From a virus (lineage: Duplodnaviria; Caudoviricetes): a stretch of 49,850 nt of DNA. The position numbers and the translations under genes were made by a program. Position 1 is the stretch's first letter; every line of letters begins with the position of its first letter. Positions 36,885 through 45,530 of this stretch are shown here, piece after piece. The notes below the pieces were generated by a model. The model saw only the letters and a list, made by a program, of their open reading frames with translations, made no database searches and was not told the DNA's origin. The stretch is taken from IMG/VR virus record IMGVR_UViG_3300048577_000528, positions 1 to 49,850 of that record. One strand, given 5' to 3'.

Positions 36885-38080
36885 TATTCATCTCCTATTT
36901 CGAACAGGCTAAGCTGATTCTCTTTTGTTCCAATAGTTATGCCACGCTTCTCAAGCTGTTTCCGACACCAATCTTTCAAGTTATCATCAACCGGCTGTCC
37001 CTCATCCGTGAGCCCGGTTGAAATATAGCGCTTCCACCTGGCGATACTTTTCTTCTCGGTTCGCATTTTCTTCTGCTCTGCACGTTTTTCCTTGGCCTCT
37101 TTCTTTTTGGCGGCTGTGGCCTTGACCTGGTCGCTGGCGTGGATTACCTCGATGCCAGCGGCGATGTCGGCAAGGTCCTGCTTCAAGTCACGCACGTCCC
37201 GGCGCTCGATGTGAAAGTTGAGCAATTCGACTTTTTCTCCGGAAAGAATCGAACTGAGTTTCTGTTGACGCTGCAGGCTGCTTTCTACAAACGGGTTAGT
37301 GGAAACCTTCAAGATCGCTTCGCAGAGCGTGATAGAAACGGGCTTTTTCAGCATCTTCTGGCCCTTAAACACCCTGACTTTCGTTTCATCTGGTATCAGT
37401 CCTTCACCCGGGACAGTGAATGTTACCTTGCGGTCGTAATAGACATTGGCTTTCTGCGGTGACAGCTCAGTATGGAGTACATCGCAATAGGTACATGGAA
37501 GATGCGCTCTGGCGCAGTCCATCGGGTCGTAATGCATTTCCCAGGTCTTTGTCGAACGGTTGTACATGCTCCGGTGCTTGCAGGCTCTACCGTTCTTAGA
37601 CGCTTTGAACACTTCGAACAGCCGATCGGCTTCGCGCCAGACTTCGTCATGGGCGTTCTGTAGGCTTAGGCTTTCGTCGTAAGGCTCGTCTACCAGATGG
37701 CATGCGCAATGCGTAATATCGCCGCCGCCCAACCGCAATGCGTGTTCTCTTAATACGGGATGGTTCAGCTCACATTCCTTGAGATCAAAATGCGGGCAGC
37801 AGACGACAGGATTATCGTTTTCTTCTTGCCAGTGAATGCCCATATAACCCATGTCGCCGTTCCAGTAGTTGCCCCTGACCAGCAAGCCGCACGGGGTAGA
37901 GAACACCAACTCACTCTTTTTTTTGCGGGTGTAGGTGAAGCCACCGTAAAACCAGTTATATGGCTCGACCCAATCAGGGTACCGCTCCCTGGTATAACAC
38001 TCAGTGAAAAGGCGTTCGGTGAGCTTGTTGAGCTTGTGCTCCGGCTCTTTCCATTGAGTCCCGATCATATCCCCATGCAC
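36884..38080 (-). CDS. Cys/His-rich phage protein with a C-terminal clamp-binding-like motif
   Basis: 398 aa with several C/H clusters; ends QLSLF. Confidence 0.7.
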   Translation of the reverse strand: MHGDMIGTQWKEPEHKLNKLTERLFTECYTRERYPDWVEPYNWFYGGFTYTRKKKSELVFSTPCGLLVRGNYWNGDMGYMGIHWQEENDNPVVCCPHFDLKECELNHPVLREHALRLGGGDITHCACHLVDEPYDESLSLQNAHDEVWREADRLFEVFKASKNGRACKHRSMYNRSTKTWEMHYDPMDCARAHLPCTYCDVLHTELSPQKANVYYDRKVTFTVPGEGLIPDETKVRVFKGQKMLKKPVSITLCEAILKVSTNPFVESSLQRQQKLSSILSGEKVELLNFHIERRDVRDLKQDLADIAAGIEVIHASDQVKATAAKKKEAKEKRAEQKKMRTEKKSIARWKRYISTGLTDEGQPVDDNLKDWCRKQLEKRGITIGTKENQLSLFEIGDE

Positions 38081-38277
38081 TGCCTCATTCCAAAGACCTC
38101 CTCCAGTTCGCTCCGGAGTTCCTCCGGCGTCTTGTCATACTCCTGGGCGATGCAGGATTCACAGTGCGCGTTTTTATACGCCAGGGCTTTGCTGCACCGC
38201 TTGTCCCAGGAGTTGAGCTGCCAGCCGCATTTGTGACAGTGTTCGTCAAGCAATTGAGCTTTTTTCGTATTTGTCAT
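38065..38277 (-). CDS. Small zinc-finger protein
   Basis: CHKCG...CESC; overlaps the next start codon. Confidence 0.65.
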   Translation of the reverse strand: MTNTKKAQLLDEHCHKCGWQLNSWDKRCSKALAYKNAHCESCIAQEYDKTPEELRSELEEVFGMRQCMGI

Positions 38278-38422
38278 ACATCTCATCCAAAGCGATCATC
38301 ACCGGGCAACTATCGCATCTTTCCAGCATTTCCTCCTGATCGGTTATGACATTTGGCCAGTGGCAGAGCTTGTCGCAGATATCAGCTTTGAGGTTTTCAA
38401 GTTTTTCATCAATATTCTTCAT
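38246..38422 (-). CDS. Small hypothetical protein (58 aa, absent from the ORF track)
   Basis: Manual translation MKNIDEKLENLKADICDKLCHWP...CDSCP...; ATGA overlap with the upstream stop. Confidence 0.55.
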   Translation of the reverse strand: MKNIDEKLENLKADICDKLCHWPNVITDQEEMLERCDSCPVMIALDEMYDKYEKSSIA

Positions 38423-38940
38423 ATGACACCCTCCCGAAACAAACAGATTTGATCATTTAACGCTCTCTCCGGTTGTGGCATATTATCTGGGAGTAACTGC
38501 AAAACAAGAAGCCCGTTTTTTGTTTTTCCTACCTCTTGGAAGCCCGCCAACTTATATGTATAACCCCATGTTTCCATCCCTCGAACGAATGTTGGGCGTA
38601 CTTTTTTCCGATCAATGAGCGTTATCATTCCTGATGACGGCGGTTCTCCAAAATAAGCCCGTGTCGCAGCTACAGCATCACGTATCATCAGCGAAGCGGT
38701 ACCCGCTCCCTCATTTCTGAAAGCACTACAGAGCCAAGCATCCTTCCATTCTCGCTTGACAAACTCAGCGAATGGCCAAGATGTCGCCCAATATGCTTTA
38801 CCTTGCTGGTTTTCGCAATATAGCACCAGGCATCTACCCGGAGGTGTAAATTGCGCATGCCCAATCGTCACTCGAGAATAATGTCTGTCAGCCAATTCTC
38901 GGCAGCGCGGGTCTGCTCTCCATGTTCTTTCCCATATCAT
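38419..38940 (-). CDS. Mom-like (GNAT-fold) putative DNA modification protein
   Basis: LADRHYS, CSAFRNE, ITLID and GYTYKLAGF..VG.T resemble the Mom-family H-Y and D..G..Y.A.F..G pattern; directly downstream of the C5 MTase. Confidence 0.5.
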   Translation of the reverse strand: MIWERTWRADPRCRELADRHYSRVTIGHAQFTPPGRCLVLYCENQQGKAYWATSWPFAEFVKREWKDAWLCSAFRNEGAGTASLMIRDAVAATRAYFGEPPSSGMITLIDRKKVRPTFVRGMETWGYTYKLAGFQEVGKTKNGLLVLQLLPDNMPQPERALNDQICLFREGVI

Positions 38941-41032
38941 AAAGCGTTCTCCTGTTTACAGGCTGTACCCATACCTCGTTCCCATCGATGTCCCAATGCC
39001 AGTCGCCGACATAGTTCGGCATCATCGTGGCCAGGAGCGCGTTTCCCATGGCCGTCGCCGCCTGGACAGGTACCGCGTTTCCGATCCATTCACGCCACTT
39101 GGCGTCCGAGTTTCCCGGCAGCTCGAAAGGCCTGCCGTTAATGATCTGCGGGAATCCTTGAAGCATGGCCATCTCAAAAGTCGTGATCGGGCGGTGCCAT
39201 GTGTTGTCCAGAGCGATAATGATCCAGACACCCCGGTCACCCGGTGAAGGAATGCGAGGGTCGGCGACGGCAGCGGCACCAGCGTGAACGTCGGCGCTTG
39301 CCGTAATTGCATTGCCCGGTTCATCCCACGGCATAATCTTGAAGTTACCCGCGCCGCTCCATTTGTCTGATATGCGCGGGTCCGCCACCGCAGCCGTCCC
39401 GGCGCCACTGATATTTGGATTGGCAATTATCGCGCCGGCAGGCTCGTTCCAGTCTTCAACTTTCCCAACGCTTGACCTTTTCCACGTCGGATGGCTCAGC
39501 CGCGGGTCGGCGACGCTGATGCCGTGGTTTTGAACGTCCGGCTGCCCTGTCACTGTCGGCGACGTCTCGTTCCAATCGATGACCTTAAAGCATCCGTTCC
39601 ACTTGGGGCGCGGGTCGGCAACACTCACCGCAGATCCTTTTACGTTCGATTGCCCAACGACCGCCGGTGCTGGTATGTTCCAGTCGGCTACTTTGTACCG
39701 GCTCCACATCTGGCGCGGATCGTTGACCGCGATGCCACCGGATTGCATCCCGCTTCCGCCGGTGATGGACGGGCTCGGCTGATCCCAGTCGGCCATCTTC
39801 AGGATGTTGTTGTAATGTTCGGTGCGCGGATCGGCAACGGACAAAGCGCCGGTCTGGATATCCGTCTGTCCGATGATGGTACGCGAAGGCTTGTCCCATT
39901 CCTCCACCTGGTATGCATTCGGCAGCTTTCCGTCCCGGTCAGGTATGCGCGGATCGTTGACGATAACCGAACCGGCGTCAAGCCTTGCACCTGTTACAGT
40001 CGGTGACGTTTTATCCCATTCGCTCACCCTGCAGTTGCTGCCGAAACGCTCAGAGGGCCAGAGCCGTGGATCAGCAACGCCGGATATCCCGTTGGAGCGG
40101 CCCGCGCCGGTGTTGCCTGTGACGGTTGGCGAATGCGTATCCCACGGGACAATTTGAAACGCGCCAGCTCTGGCGGTGTAGTTCAGGTCCTTCAGCGCCC
40201 GCCAATCCTTGCCGGCCGGTATAAGCGCCAGACGCTCCCACGTCTTCCACGCCAGCTCCGGAACGCGATGCATCTTTCCGCCGTGCTCCGTGTCGCCAGG
40301 CAGCGGCAGGGGCCCGAGGATGTCGCCAATGGTTTTATGCCTATACTTCGGCGGCTGATAGATGAAGCTCGGCAGCTTTTTCGGGTTTCGGGCGATCATC
40401 AGGTACCGCACACGCTTTTGCCCGAGCTGTCCGATCTGGCCGCAGTCGTGATGCCCTTCATGAAACACATACCCGAAAGCGGACAGGATCGCCCGGATTT
40501 CTCTGAGGATGTGCTTTCCCCGTGTTTCGATACCGGGGACGTTTTCGAACAGAATGACCGCCGGCGGATCGTCGCCCCAGGCTTCCATCGCCAGTGCGAT
40601 AGCACGGAGCGCCAGTTTGTTCAGCGCCTGGTATTTCGGCTTCTGAGCCGCCGCGTTCGGCAGCAGCCGCGAGAAGCCTTTGCACGGCGCGGAAATGAAA
40701 ATGACATCGGGGTATTCGTTGTTTCCCCACTCCCGAAGGTCCACCGGCGTGATCTCATGCCAGTCTGCGGGCGGTTCCTTTCCATGGAAAAGTATGTACT
40801 GCTCCCGGTTGAACATATCTGCGTTGACGGCCTTGCTGCCGGTGATCTGCTCATAAGCCTTACAGGAACCGGGGTCGACGTCGACACTGTACAGTGTCCG
40901 AAATGTGCCCTTTACGCCCTTGTATTCGTACAGCGACTGCTGCATCCCGAGAGAACAACCGCCGATACCACCGCAAAAATGGACGGTTTTGAATTCCTGA
41001 GTCTTCGCGTCCAGTAATAAGCTAGTATTCAT
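38888..41032 (-). CDS. C5 cytosine DNA methyltransferase with 8 tandem repeats in the variable region
   Basis: Motif I FCGGIGG, IV SAPCKGFS, VI ENV, VIII QKRVR, IX RPIT..E..MLQGFP, X IGNAVP. Confidence 0.92.
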   Translation of the reverse strand: MNTSLLLDAKTQEFKTVHFCGGIGGCSLGMQQSLYEYKGVKGTFRTLYSVDVDPGSCKAYEQITGSKAVNADMFNREQYILFHGKEPPADWHEITPVDLREWGNNEYPDVIFISAPCKGFSRLLPNAAAQKPKYQALNKLALRAIALAMEAWGDDPPAVILFENVPGIETRGKHILREIRAILSAFGYVFHEGHHDCGQIGQLGQKRVRYLMIARNPKKLPSFIYQPPKYRHKTIGDILGPLPLPGDTEHGGKMHRVPELAWKTWERLALIPAGKDWRALKDLNYTARAGAFQIVPWDTHSPTVTGNTGAGRSNGISGVADPRLWPSERFGSNCRVSEWDKTSPTVTGARLDAGSVIVNDPRIPDRDGKLPNAYQVEEWDKPSRTIIGQTDIQTGALSVADPRTEHYNNILKMADWDQPSPSITGGSGMQSGGIAVNDPRQMWSRYKVADWNIPAPAVVGQSNVKGSAVSVADPRPKWNGCFKVIDWNETSPTVTGQPDVQNHGISVADPRLSHPTWKRSSVGKVEDWNEPAGAIIANPNISGAGTAAVADPRISDKWSGAGNFKIMPWDEPGNAITASADVHAGAAAVADPRIPSPGDRGVWIIIALDNTWHRPITTFEMAMLQGFPQIINGRPFELPGNSDAKWREWIGNAVPVQAATAMGNALLATMMPNYVGDWHWDIDGNEVWVQPVNRRTLYDMGKNMESRPALPRIG
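39254..40168 (-). repeat. Eight degenerate 35-42 aa repeats, W[DN]xP[SA]x[TA][VI]x[GA]...V[AN]DPR
   Basis: Eight V(A/N)DPR ends counted in the translation. Confidence 0.92.
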
Positions 41033-41916
41033 GTAACAACCCGCTCCATTTCGTATCTGATGAAGTCCTCTTCTGTCTCGATGCCTCGGATGTTCATATT
41101 TTTCAAAACACCGTCGACATAGCTGAGGCTTTTCTTCCCGGCCATTTGAGCAGCGGCGAAAGCAAACTCCAAAAGCTTCTTCCTGCTTTCAGACAAGGAC
41201 AGCTTGTACCGCCCCTGAGCATCCGGACCATCTACGGTACCGCGCAGGTACCAGAAAGCGTAGTCGATATCAGCGGCAGAGGCCTTCTGTCCGAAATACT
41301 TTGCGAACATCGCACCGACAAAAGCGGTAACATCCCGCTTGATCTCCGGCGTCATGCCGAGGGCCTCATCAAGGCTGGGCGGTCCGCAACCGGAGCCGTT
41401 CTCGTCCTCTCTGCCTTCGCGTGTGCGCAGAGAGAAAGAAAGAAGATTATCACCACCAGAAAGAGAATTATTATATTTACTATTACTGTTTATATATGTG
41501 CCAATAATGTTACACAGGCGTCCGGTTTGTGCCCATATTTGTGTAACCGTTTGTGTCTCCGTTTGTGACACGGATTGTGTAACCGTTTGTGTAACATATT
41601 TAGCATCAAAAGGAATGAGCCGGTATTTACCTGCTGAATTACCCTTGCCCTTTGTATACACGATTCGTCCACGTTGAATTAAGACATTTCTCATCCTGTC
41701 CAATTGCTGTCTGGAGAATGCCAGTACTGATGTCAGCGTTGAATTCGGTATCGCAAACTCGACCTTCCAGAACCATTCGTTATCGATCTTTATGGCCGTT
41801 CTGTTATTGATCTGCATCAGAACATGCCACAAGGCCTGAGCGTCGGCTGGTATCGGGTTTAACATCGCCCAATTGTAAAACGCATTAATCTCGGCAATAT
41901 AGTTCAGAGGACACAC
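41029..41916 (-). CDS. Phage replication initiator (N-terminal HTH, C-terminal DnaD-like domain)
   Basis: NYIAEINAFY, RNVLIQRGRI, VTQT repeats, and C-terminal SYVDGVLKN...GIET. Confidence 0.8.
   Translation of the reverse strand: MCPLNYIAEINAFYNWAMLNPIPADAQALWHVLMQINNRTAIKIDNEWFWKVEFAIPNSTLTSVLAFSRQQLDRMRNVLIQRGRIVYTKGKGNSAGKYRLIPFDAKYVTQTVTQSVSQTETQTVTQIWAQTGRLCNIIGTYINSNSKYNNSLSGGDNLLSFSLRTREGREDENGSGCGPPSLDEALGMTPEIKRDVTAFVGAMFAKYFGQKASAADIDYAFWYLRGTVDGPDAQGRYKLSLSESRKKLLEFAFAAAQMAGKKSLSYVDGVLKNMNIRGIETEEDFIRYEMERVVT
41445..41598. repeat. Putative phage origin: six 12-bp iterons plus an AT-rich stretch
   Basis: TTGTG-N7 units at 41527, 41539, 41551, 41563, 41575 and 41587; AT-rich segment ~41450-41510. 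Confidence 0.75.
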
Positions 41917-42000
41917 CTCCCGTCGTAAAGGGCATACAGGCCGGTGACGCTTCCCGTGTCCCTGAGATCAATAGAAAGAACTGCGGAAGCCTGGCTTGGC

Positions 42001-42270
42001 TCACAAAGGGGGTTCGACATCTTCGACGCTGTATATTTCCTCGGCGTTGGATTTCCCGCGTTCATACAAACCGGGCAGCAGGTAGACATGCTTACTGATA
42101 TTGAGCGTGCCGCTTCGGCTGTTTTTGTCGGGTCTCTCGAAATTCCAGTGTGCATACACACAAAGCCCGTGCTGCCAAAAATAATCGGGTTTCCACTTTA
42201 TAAGCAGAATCTCGGTACCTTTGAGCTTCAGAAAATCTTCCGCGGTGGTTAGCTTCTTAAAAACGATCAT
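42001..42270 (-). CDS. Phage hypothetical protein
   Basis: ATG 42270 just after the HAD gene stop; co-oriented. Confidence 0.5.
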   Translation of the reverse strand: MIVFKKLTTAEDFLKLKGTEILLIKWKPDYFWQHGLCVYAHWNFERPDKNSRSGTLNISKHVYLLPGLYERGKSNAEEIYSVEDVEPPL

Positions 42271-42274
42271 GGCA

Positions 42275-42595
42275 TCACCCGCTGTGCTGCAGCGGCACGT
42301 AGAGGTTTCTGTCGTCGATGTAGTAATCGGCGAAGACCTTCCGGCAGTTGTTGCCGCCGTGCCTGTCGAGGTTTTCCGGCAGATTGTCGTTGACGGCGTC
42401 GAAAGTAAGGCCATGATCCGCGCACCAGCGCAAGGCGGCGTCCAGGTTGGTACCGCTCCGGCAGGTCCAGAGGATGAACTTGTCCCCGAGTTGCTGCCGT
42501 GCTTTGATCCGTTTGATGAGGTTCAGGTCCGGCGCTCCGATGGCCGGGAATTTGTCGGCACAGAGCGTGCCGTCGAAATCAACCGCGTATACCAT
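42275..42595 (-). CDS. HAD-superfamily phosphatase-like protein
   Basis: AVDFDGTL, ILWTCR and KVFADYYIDDR motifs. Confidence 0.85.
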   Translation of the reverse strand: MVYAVDFDGTLCADKFPAIGAPDLNLIKRIKARQQLGDKFILWTCRSGTNLDAALRWCADHGLTFDAVNDNLPENLDRHGGNNCRKVFADYYIDDRNLYVPLQHSG

Positions 42596-42606
42596 TCGTC
42601 AGCCTC

Positions 42607-43332
42607 CTATTTGCGGCAGAACGTATGTCCGCCGATGGTGCCCCATACATTGCTGTTTTCACCCTCGACAGAAAAATAGATGACATCGACAGGTAGGATG
42701 TGCGGGCCATATAGCGCCTGGGCTACGGCAGCATACTGCTTGTCCGTTGCTTCCACCTGACCAAGGCTCAATACTGAGGTGAACTGCAGACAATAGCGCC
42801 GGTCAAAGATGACCGCCCGCGGCGCTGCAGGGAAATCCGGAGACAGGCAGCGGTTGAATATAACCTCATTAACGGCAACCTGGCCGGTATATGGTTCGCC
42901 ACGCGATTCAATGGCGGAGATATCGGCGATCAAAGGCAAGTCGGCAAGGCGAATATAGAGGCTTTCGTACCGAGTGCCACGCAAGTCTAAGCTGAGCATG
43001 CCGTCTTTTTCCAGAGCAAAACGAAATCCACTATATCGGGTGCCGCGCAGGTTTATGACACCAGGGAGCGCCGGCGCGTCAGTTATGCTCTCTTCCGGTT
43101 GTACGGGTACCAAGGGCGGGCCAGTGAGCGCCTGTCTGTACATCGTGCGTGCGGCCAACCCGTCATCATACAGTGAAGGCTTGTCCTCACGAGGCTTGGC
43201 CATATAAGGAATCGATGAAATAACCAGTGAAAGGATCAGACCGAAAGCCATAAGAGCAGCCGGTACCCGTTGCCACCACTTTCTATATCCCCGTGTGCTG
43301 CGCTTAGGTGTTATGTATAAATTCTGTTGCAA
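42607..43332 (-). CDS. SleB/CwlJ-family cell wall hydrolase (Hydrolase_2) with N-terminal TM helix
   Basis: IESRGEPYTGQVAVNEVIFNR..SPDFP, QF and IGGHTF motifs. Confidence 0.85.
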   Translation of the reverse strand: MQQNLYITPKRSTRGYRKWWQRVPAALMAFGLILSLVISSIPYMAKPREDKPSLYDDGLAARTMYRQALTGPPLVPVQPEESITDAPALPGVINLRGTRYSGFRFALEKDGMLSLDLRGTRYESLYIRLADLPLIADISAIESRGEPYTGQVAVNEVIFNRCLSPDFPAAPRAVIFDRRYCLQFTSVLSLGQVEATDKQYAAVAQALYGPHILPVDVIYFSVEGENSNVWGTIGGHTFCRK

Positions 43333-43501
43333 CCTTACAACCCCTCCTTACGGGCGGCTTTCTCTTTCTTTTTTGATACCTCACACAGGCATCTGTCGGG
43401 CAGTTCCTGCGCGTGCCGGTTTTTAGCAGGTAATCGCAGGATGTCGTGGTGGGGCACCAGAACCTGCAGTCTGGTTTACACTTAACTGGGTTATCTGACA
43501 T
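43304..43501 (-). CDS. Small Cys-rich protein
   Basis: C..DCRF...SCDY....G.RR.CP...C; AGGAG RBS. Confidence 0.6.
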   Translation of the reverse strand: MSDNPVKCKPDCRFWCPTTTSCDYLLKTGTRRNCPTDACVRYQKRKRKPPVRRGCKVATEFIHNT

Positions 43502-43513
43502 GGTTGTCTCCTT

Positions 43514-43744
43514 TCAGGTCTGAGCTCGTATGGTGCCGCAATTGAACCGGAAGTACCCGGCCCGGCGAAGCTTGAAATCACAGGAAACAACCTCCGGGAG
43601 CCCCTGGCTGGCGCGAAGCTCGCTGGGCGTCAGCGGCACAGGGTAACGCACGTCCGGCGCCGAGGGCTTGTCCGTAGAAATGGAAGTCGCCAGAAAACAG
43701 GATGCTTCCGGCGATTTAGTTTTAACGAAATTCGTATGTACCAC
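43514..43744 (-). CDS. Hypothetical protein
   Basis: Co-oriented ORF filling the gap between neighbours. Confidence 0.35.
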   Translation of the reverse strand: MVHTNFVKTKSPEASCFLATSISTDKPSAPDVRYPVPLTPSELRASQGLPEVVSCDFKLRRAGYFRFNCGTIRAQT

Positions 43745-43765
43745 CTCATTTAAATATGTATAAGA

Positions 43766-44020
43766 TCATCCCGGAGACGCTGAAGGATATCTGCTCCGGA
43801 GGTTCTCCGGCAGCGGTCCGGCGTAATTGCCGTCGAGATCGGCAAGGTATGGCTGCCCGTTCTTATCAATAAGTATTTTCCGCAGGATCCTGCGTGCCCT
43901 TTCCGGGTCCGCCATAGCGTACGGTATAAACTCCCGCTGGAGTATCTCGTTGCTGTGCTCCTGCAGCTCCGGGTCGTGCCCGGTAATTTCTCTGCCGTTC
44001 CAGATTGTTGTAAATGTCAT
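43766..44020 (-). CDS. Hypothetical protein
   Basis: Co-oriented ORF with AGGGGG RBS. Confidence 0.5.
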   Translation of the reverse strand: MTFTTIWNGREITGHDPELQEHSNEILQREFIPYAMADPERARRILRKILIDKNGQPYLADLDGNYAGPLPENLRSRYPSASPG

Positions 44021-44085
44021 CTTGCAAGCCCCCTTTACGGCAACTTATTCAAGCAGGCCATATGATATGCCGAGCAGATATTTCT

Positions 44086-44568
44086 TCAATCGTCTAAATG
44101 CTTCTCCGCCCAGAGCTTCAGCTCCTGTGCTCTTTTTGCAAACTCGTCCAGCGTATCGAGCACATCCTGAAGCTGCGGCTTTTCATGTTCCGTGATCTGG
44201 CCGTCCTCGGTGATCTCCAGAAGCGTGTCCCTGACCGCGTTGAGGCTGCGTAAACCAGAAATGATCTTTATCGTCAGCCTGTCGATCTCGGCAAGCTCCA
44301 GCTTCGGCATGTTCTGTCCCAATGGGCACTCACAGGTGCAGTAATGATTTCTGAGATCCGGGGCATTGTACACATCTGCCATCAGATTTACTTTGTCAAC
44401 GGGGACGATTTTGGTGTTGCCCAGTTCATAATCGGCCAGGGAAGATGCGGAAATTCCCAGCATCTCAGCGGCGCCTTCGCGGCTGTTCAGCTTGTCATTG
44501 AATCTTGCAGCTTCTTTTCTCCGCTGACAGTAGATATTTTCTGCTGCTTTCGTAGGGACGGTTCCCAT
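44086..44568 (-). CDS. XRE-family HTH early regulator (CII-like architecture)
   Basis: SREGAAEMLGISASSLADYELG HTH, YC..ECPLG and EITEDGQIT motifs. Confidence 0.8.
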   Translation of the reverse strand: MGTVPTKAAENIYCQRRKEAARFNDKLNSREGAAEMLGISASSLADYELGNTKIVPVDKVNLMADVYNAPDLRNHYCTCECPLGQNMPKLELAEIDRLTIKIISGLRSLNAVRDTLLEITEDGQITEHEKPQLQDVLDTLDEFAKRAQELKLWAEKHLDD

Positions 44569-44618
44569 TTATATAGCCCCTTTCATGTGATTAAATAGTT
44601 ATCGTGAGGTGATCCTAA

Positions 44619-44825
44619 ATGTCAGATAATAAAACCGCCCGGAGAATGCTGAAGGCGGCGCAGAAGGAAATCAACGAAATATATCCGCCGACGGCGAAAG
44701 GCTTGGAAAACGCTGTCGCTAAGACGGTCGCGTCCGCTGTAATCGACGCTTCGCACTTATCCGGATCGCCTTCGCGCATTTTCTGTCGATGCTCCGGAGC
44801 GCCAGCTGCGCCTTCCAGGAAATAA
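44619..44825 (+). CDS. Small antisense hypothetical protein
   Basis: GAGGTGAT RBS before the ATG. Confidence 0.4.
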   Translation: MSDNKTARRMLKAAQKEINEIYPPTAKGLENAVAKTVASAVIDASHLSGSPSRIFCRCSGAPAAPSRK

Positions 44826-44843
44826 TGCTTTTACCGGCCTGCT

Positions 44844-45143
44844 TCATGAGAACTCCTCTAAGCGAGGCTCTGTCGTGTGATTTAAGAAGCTCCTGGCTTC
44901 CCGCTCTGCTTGCCATTGCTTTATCTCCGCCCTATGTTCAGTATCCACCTGGCTTTTAACGCTCTCCATAAGCTTCTTAGCAGGTGCAAATGTATCCCAT
45001 TGTGAAAGAGTCAAGGGTACGCTGTTTTCGTATGTCACAGCGCAAACACGATACTGAATCTTTCTGTTAAACTGCTGGCGCGCTTCGATGTATGGGTAAA
45101 GGATGCGTTCCTCTCGTTTACCGTAGATGTCTTTAAGTGTCAT
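44844..45143 (-). CDS. Hypothetical early protein
   Basis: 99 aa, co-oriented with cro; AAGGA RBS. Confidence 0.5.
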   Translation of the reverse strand: MTLKDIYGKREERILYPYIEARQQFNRKIQYRVCAVTYENSVPLTLSQWDTFAPAKKLMESVKSQVDTEHRAEIKQWQAEREARSFLNHTTEPRLEEFS

Positions 45144-45241
45144 GAACTAACCGATCCTTTTTAATATTGTTCCGATCCGGTTAAAGCTGACGATGGCGAT
45201 TGAGCTGCACAGATTACCGTTTAGTGTTGTTACCAGAGCGG

Positions 45242-45508
45242 TCACGTAATCTCTACCGATTTATCTTCACTGTCGACTACGCAATTACCGCTACTTAAAT
45301 TGTTTCCTTTCGGAACATTTGTCATTAAAAAAAACATGTCTCCTTGGTATCCGAGCGCGTCTTTAATCTTTAAAGCAACAGGAAAGGATGGGTTTTTATT
45401 CCCAAGTTCTATGTTTGCATAGGTGCTTCTTTCAACACCGACAAGCCCCGACATATCCTGTTGTGTCAAACCTTTAGTTTCTCTGAGGCTTCGTAAATTT
45501 TGTCTCAT
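45242..45508 (-). CDS. Cro-like XRE HTH protein
   Basis: LRSLRETKGLTQQDMSGLVGVERSTYANIELG..NPS. Confidence 0.88.
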   Translation of the reverse strand: MRQNLRSLRETKGLTQQDMSGLVGVERSTYANIELGNKNPSFPVALKIKDALGYQGDMFFLMTNVPKGNNLSSGNCVVDSEDKSVEIT

Positions 45509-45530
45509 AAAGATTATCATCACCTCGGGT

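Noticed and set aside
38905-38940. ADPR at the start of the Mom-like protein as a ninth MTase repeat or frameshift fusion
   Set aside because: Lacks the W..P..T core, and the MTase already has complete motifs IX and X; probably coincidence
41527-41598. Tandem repeats as a CRISPR or mini-array
   Set aside because: 12-bp contiguous units without spacers, in frame within the initiator gene; better explained as iterons
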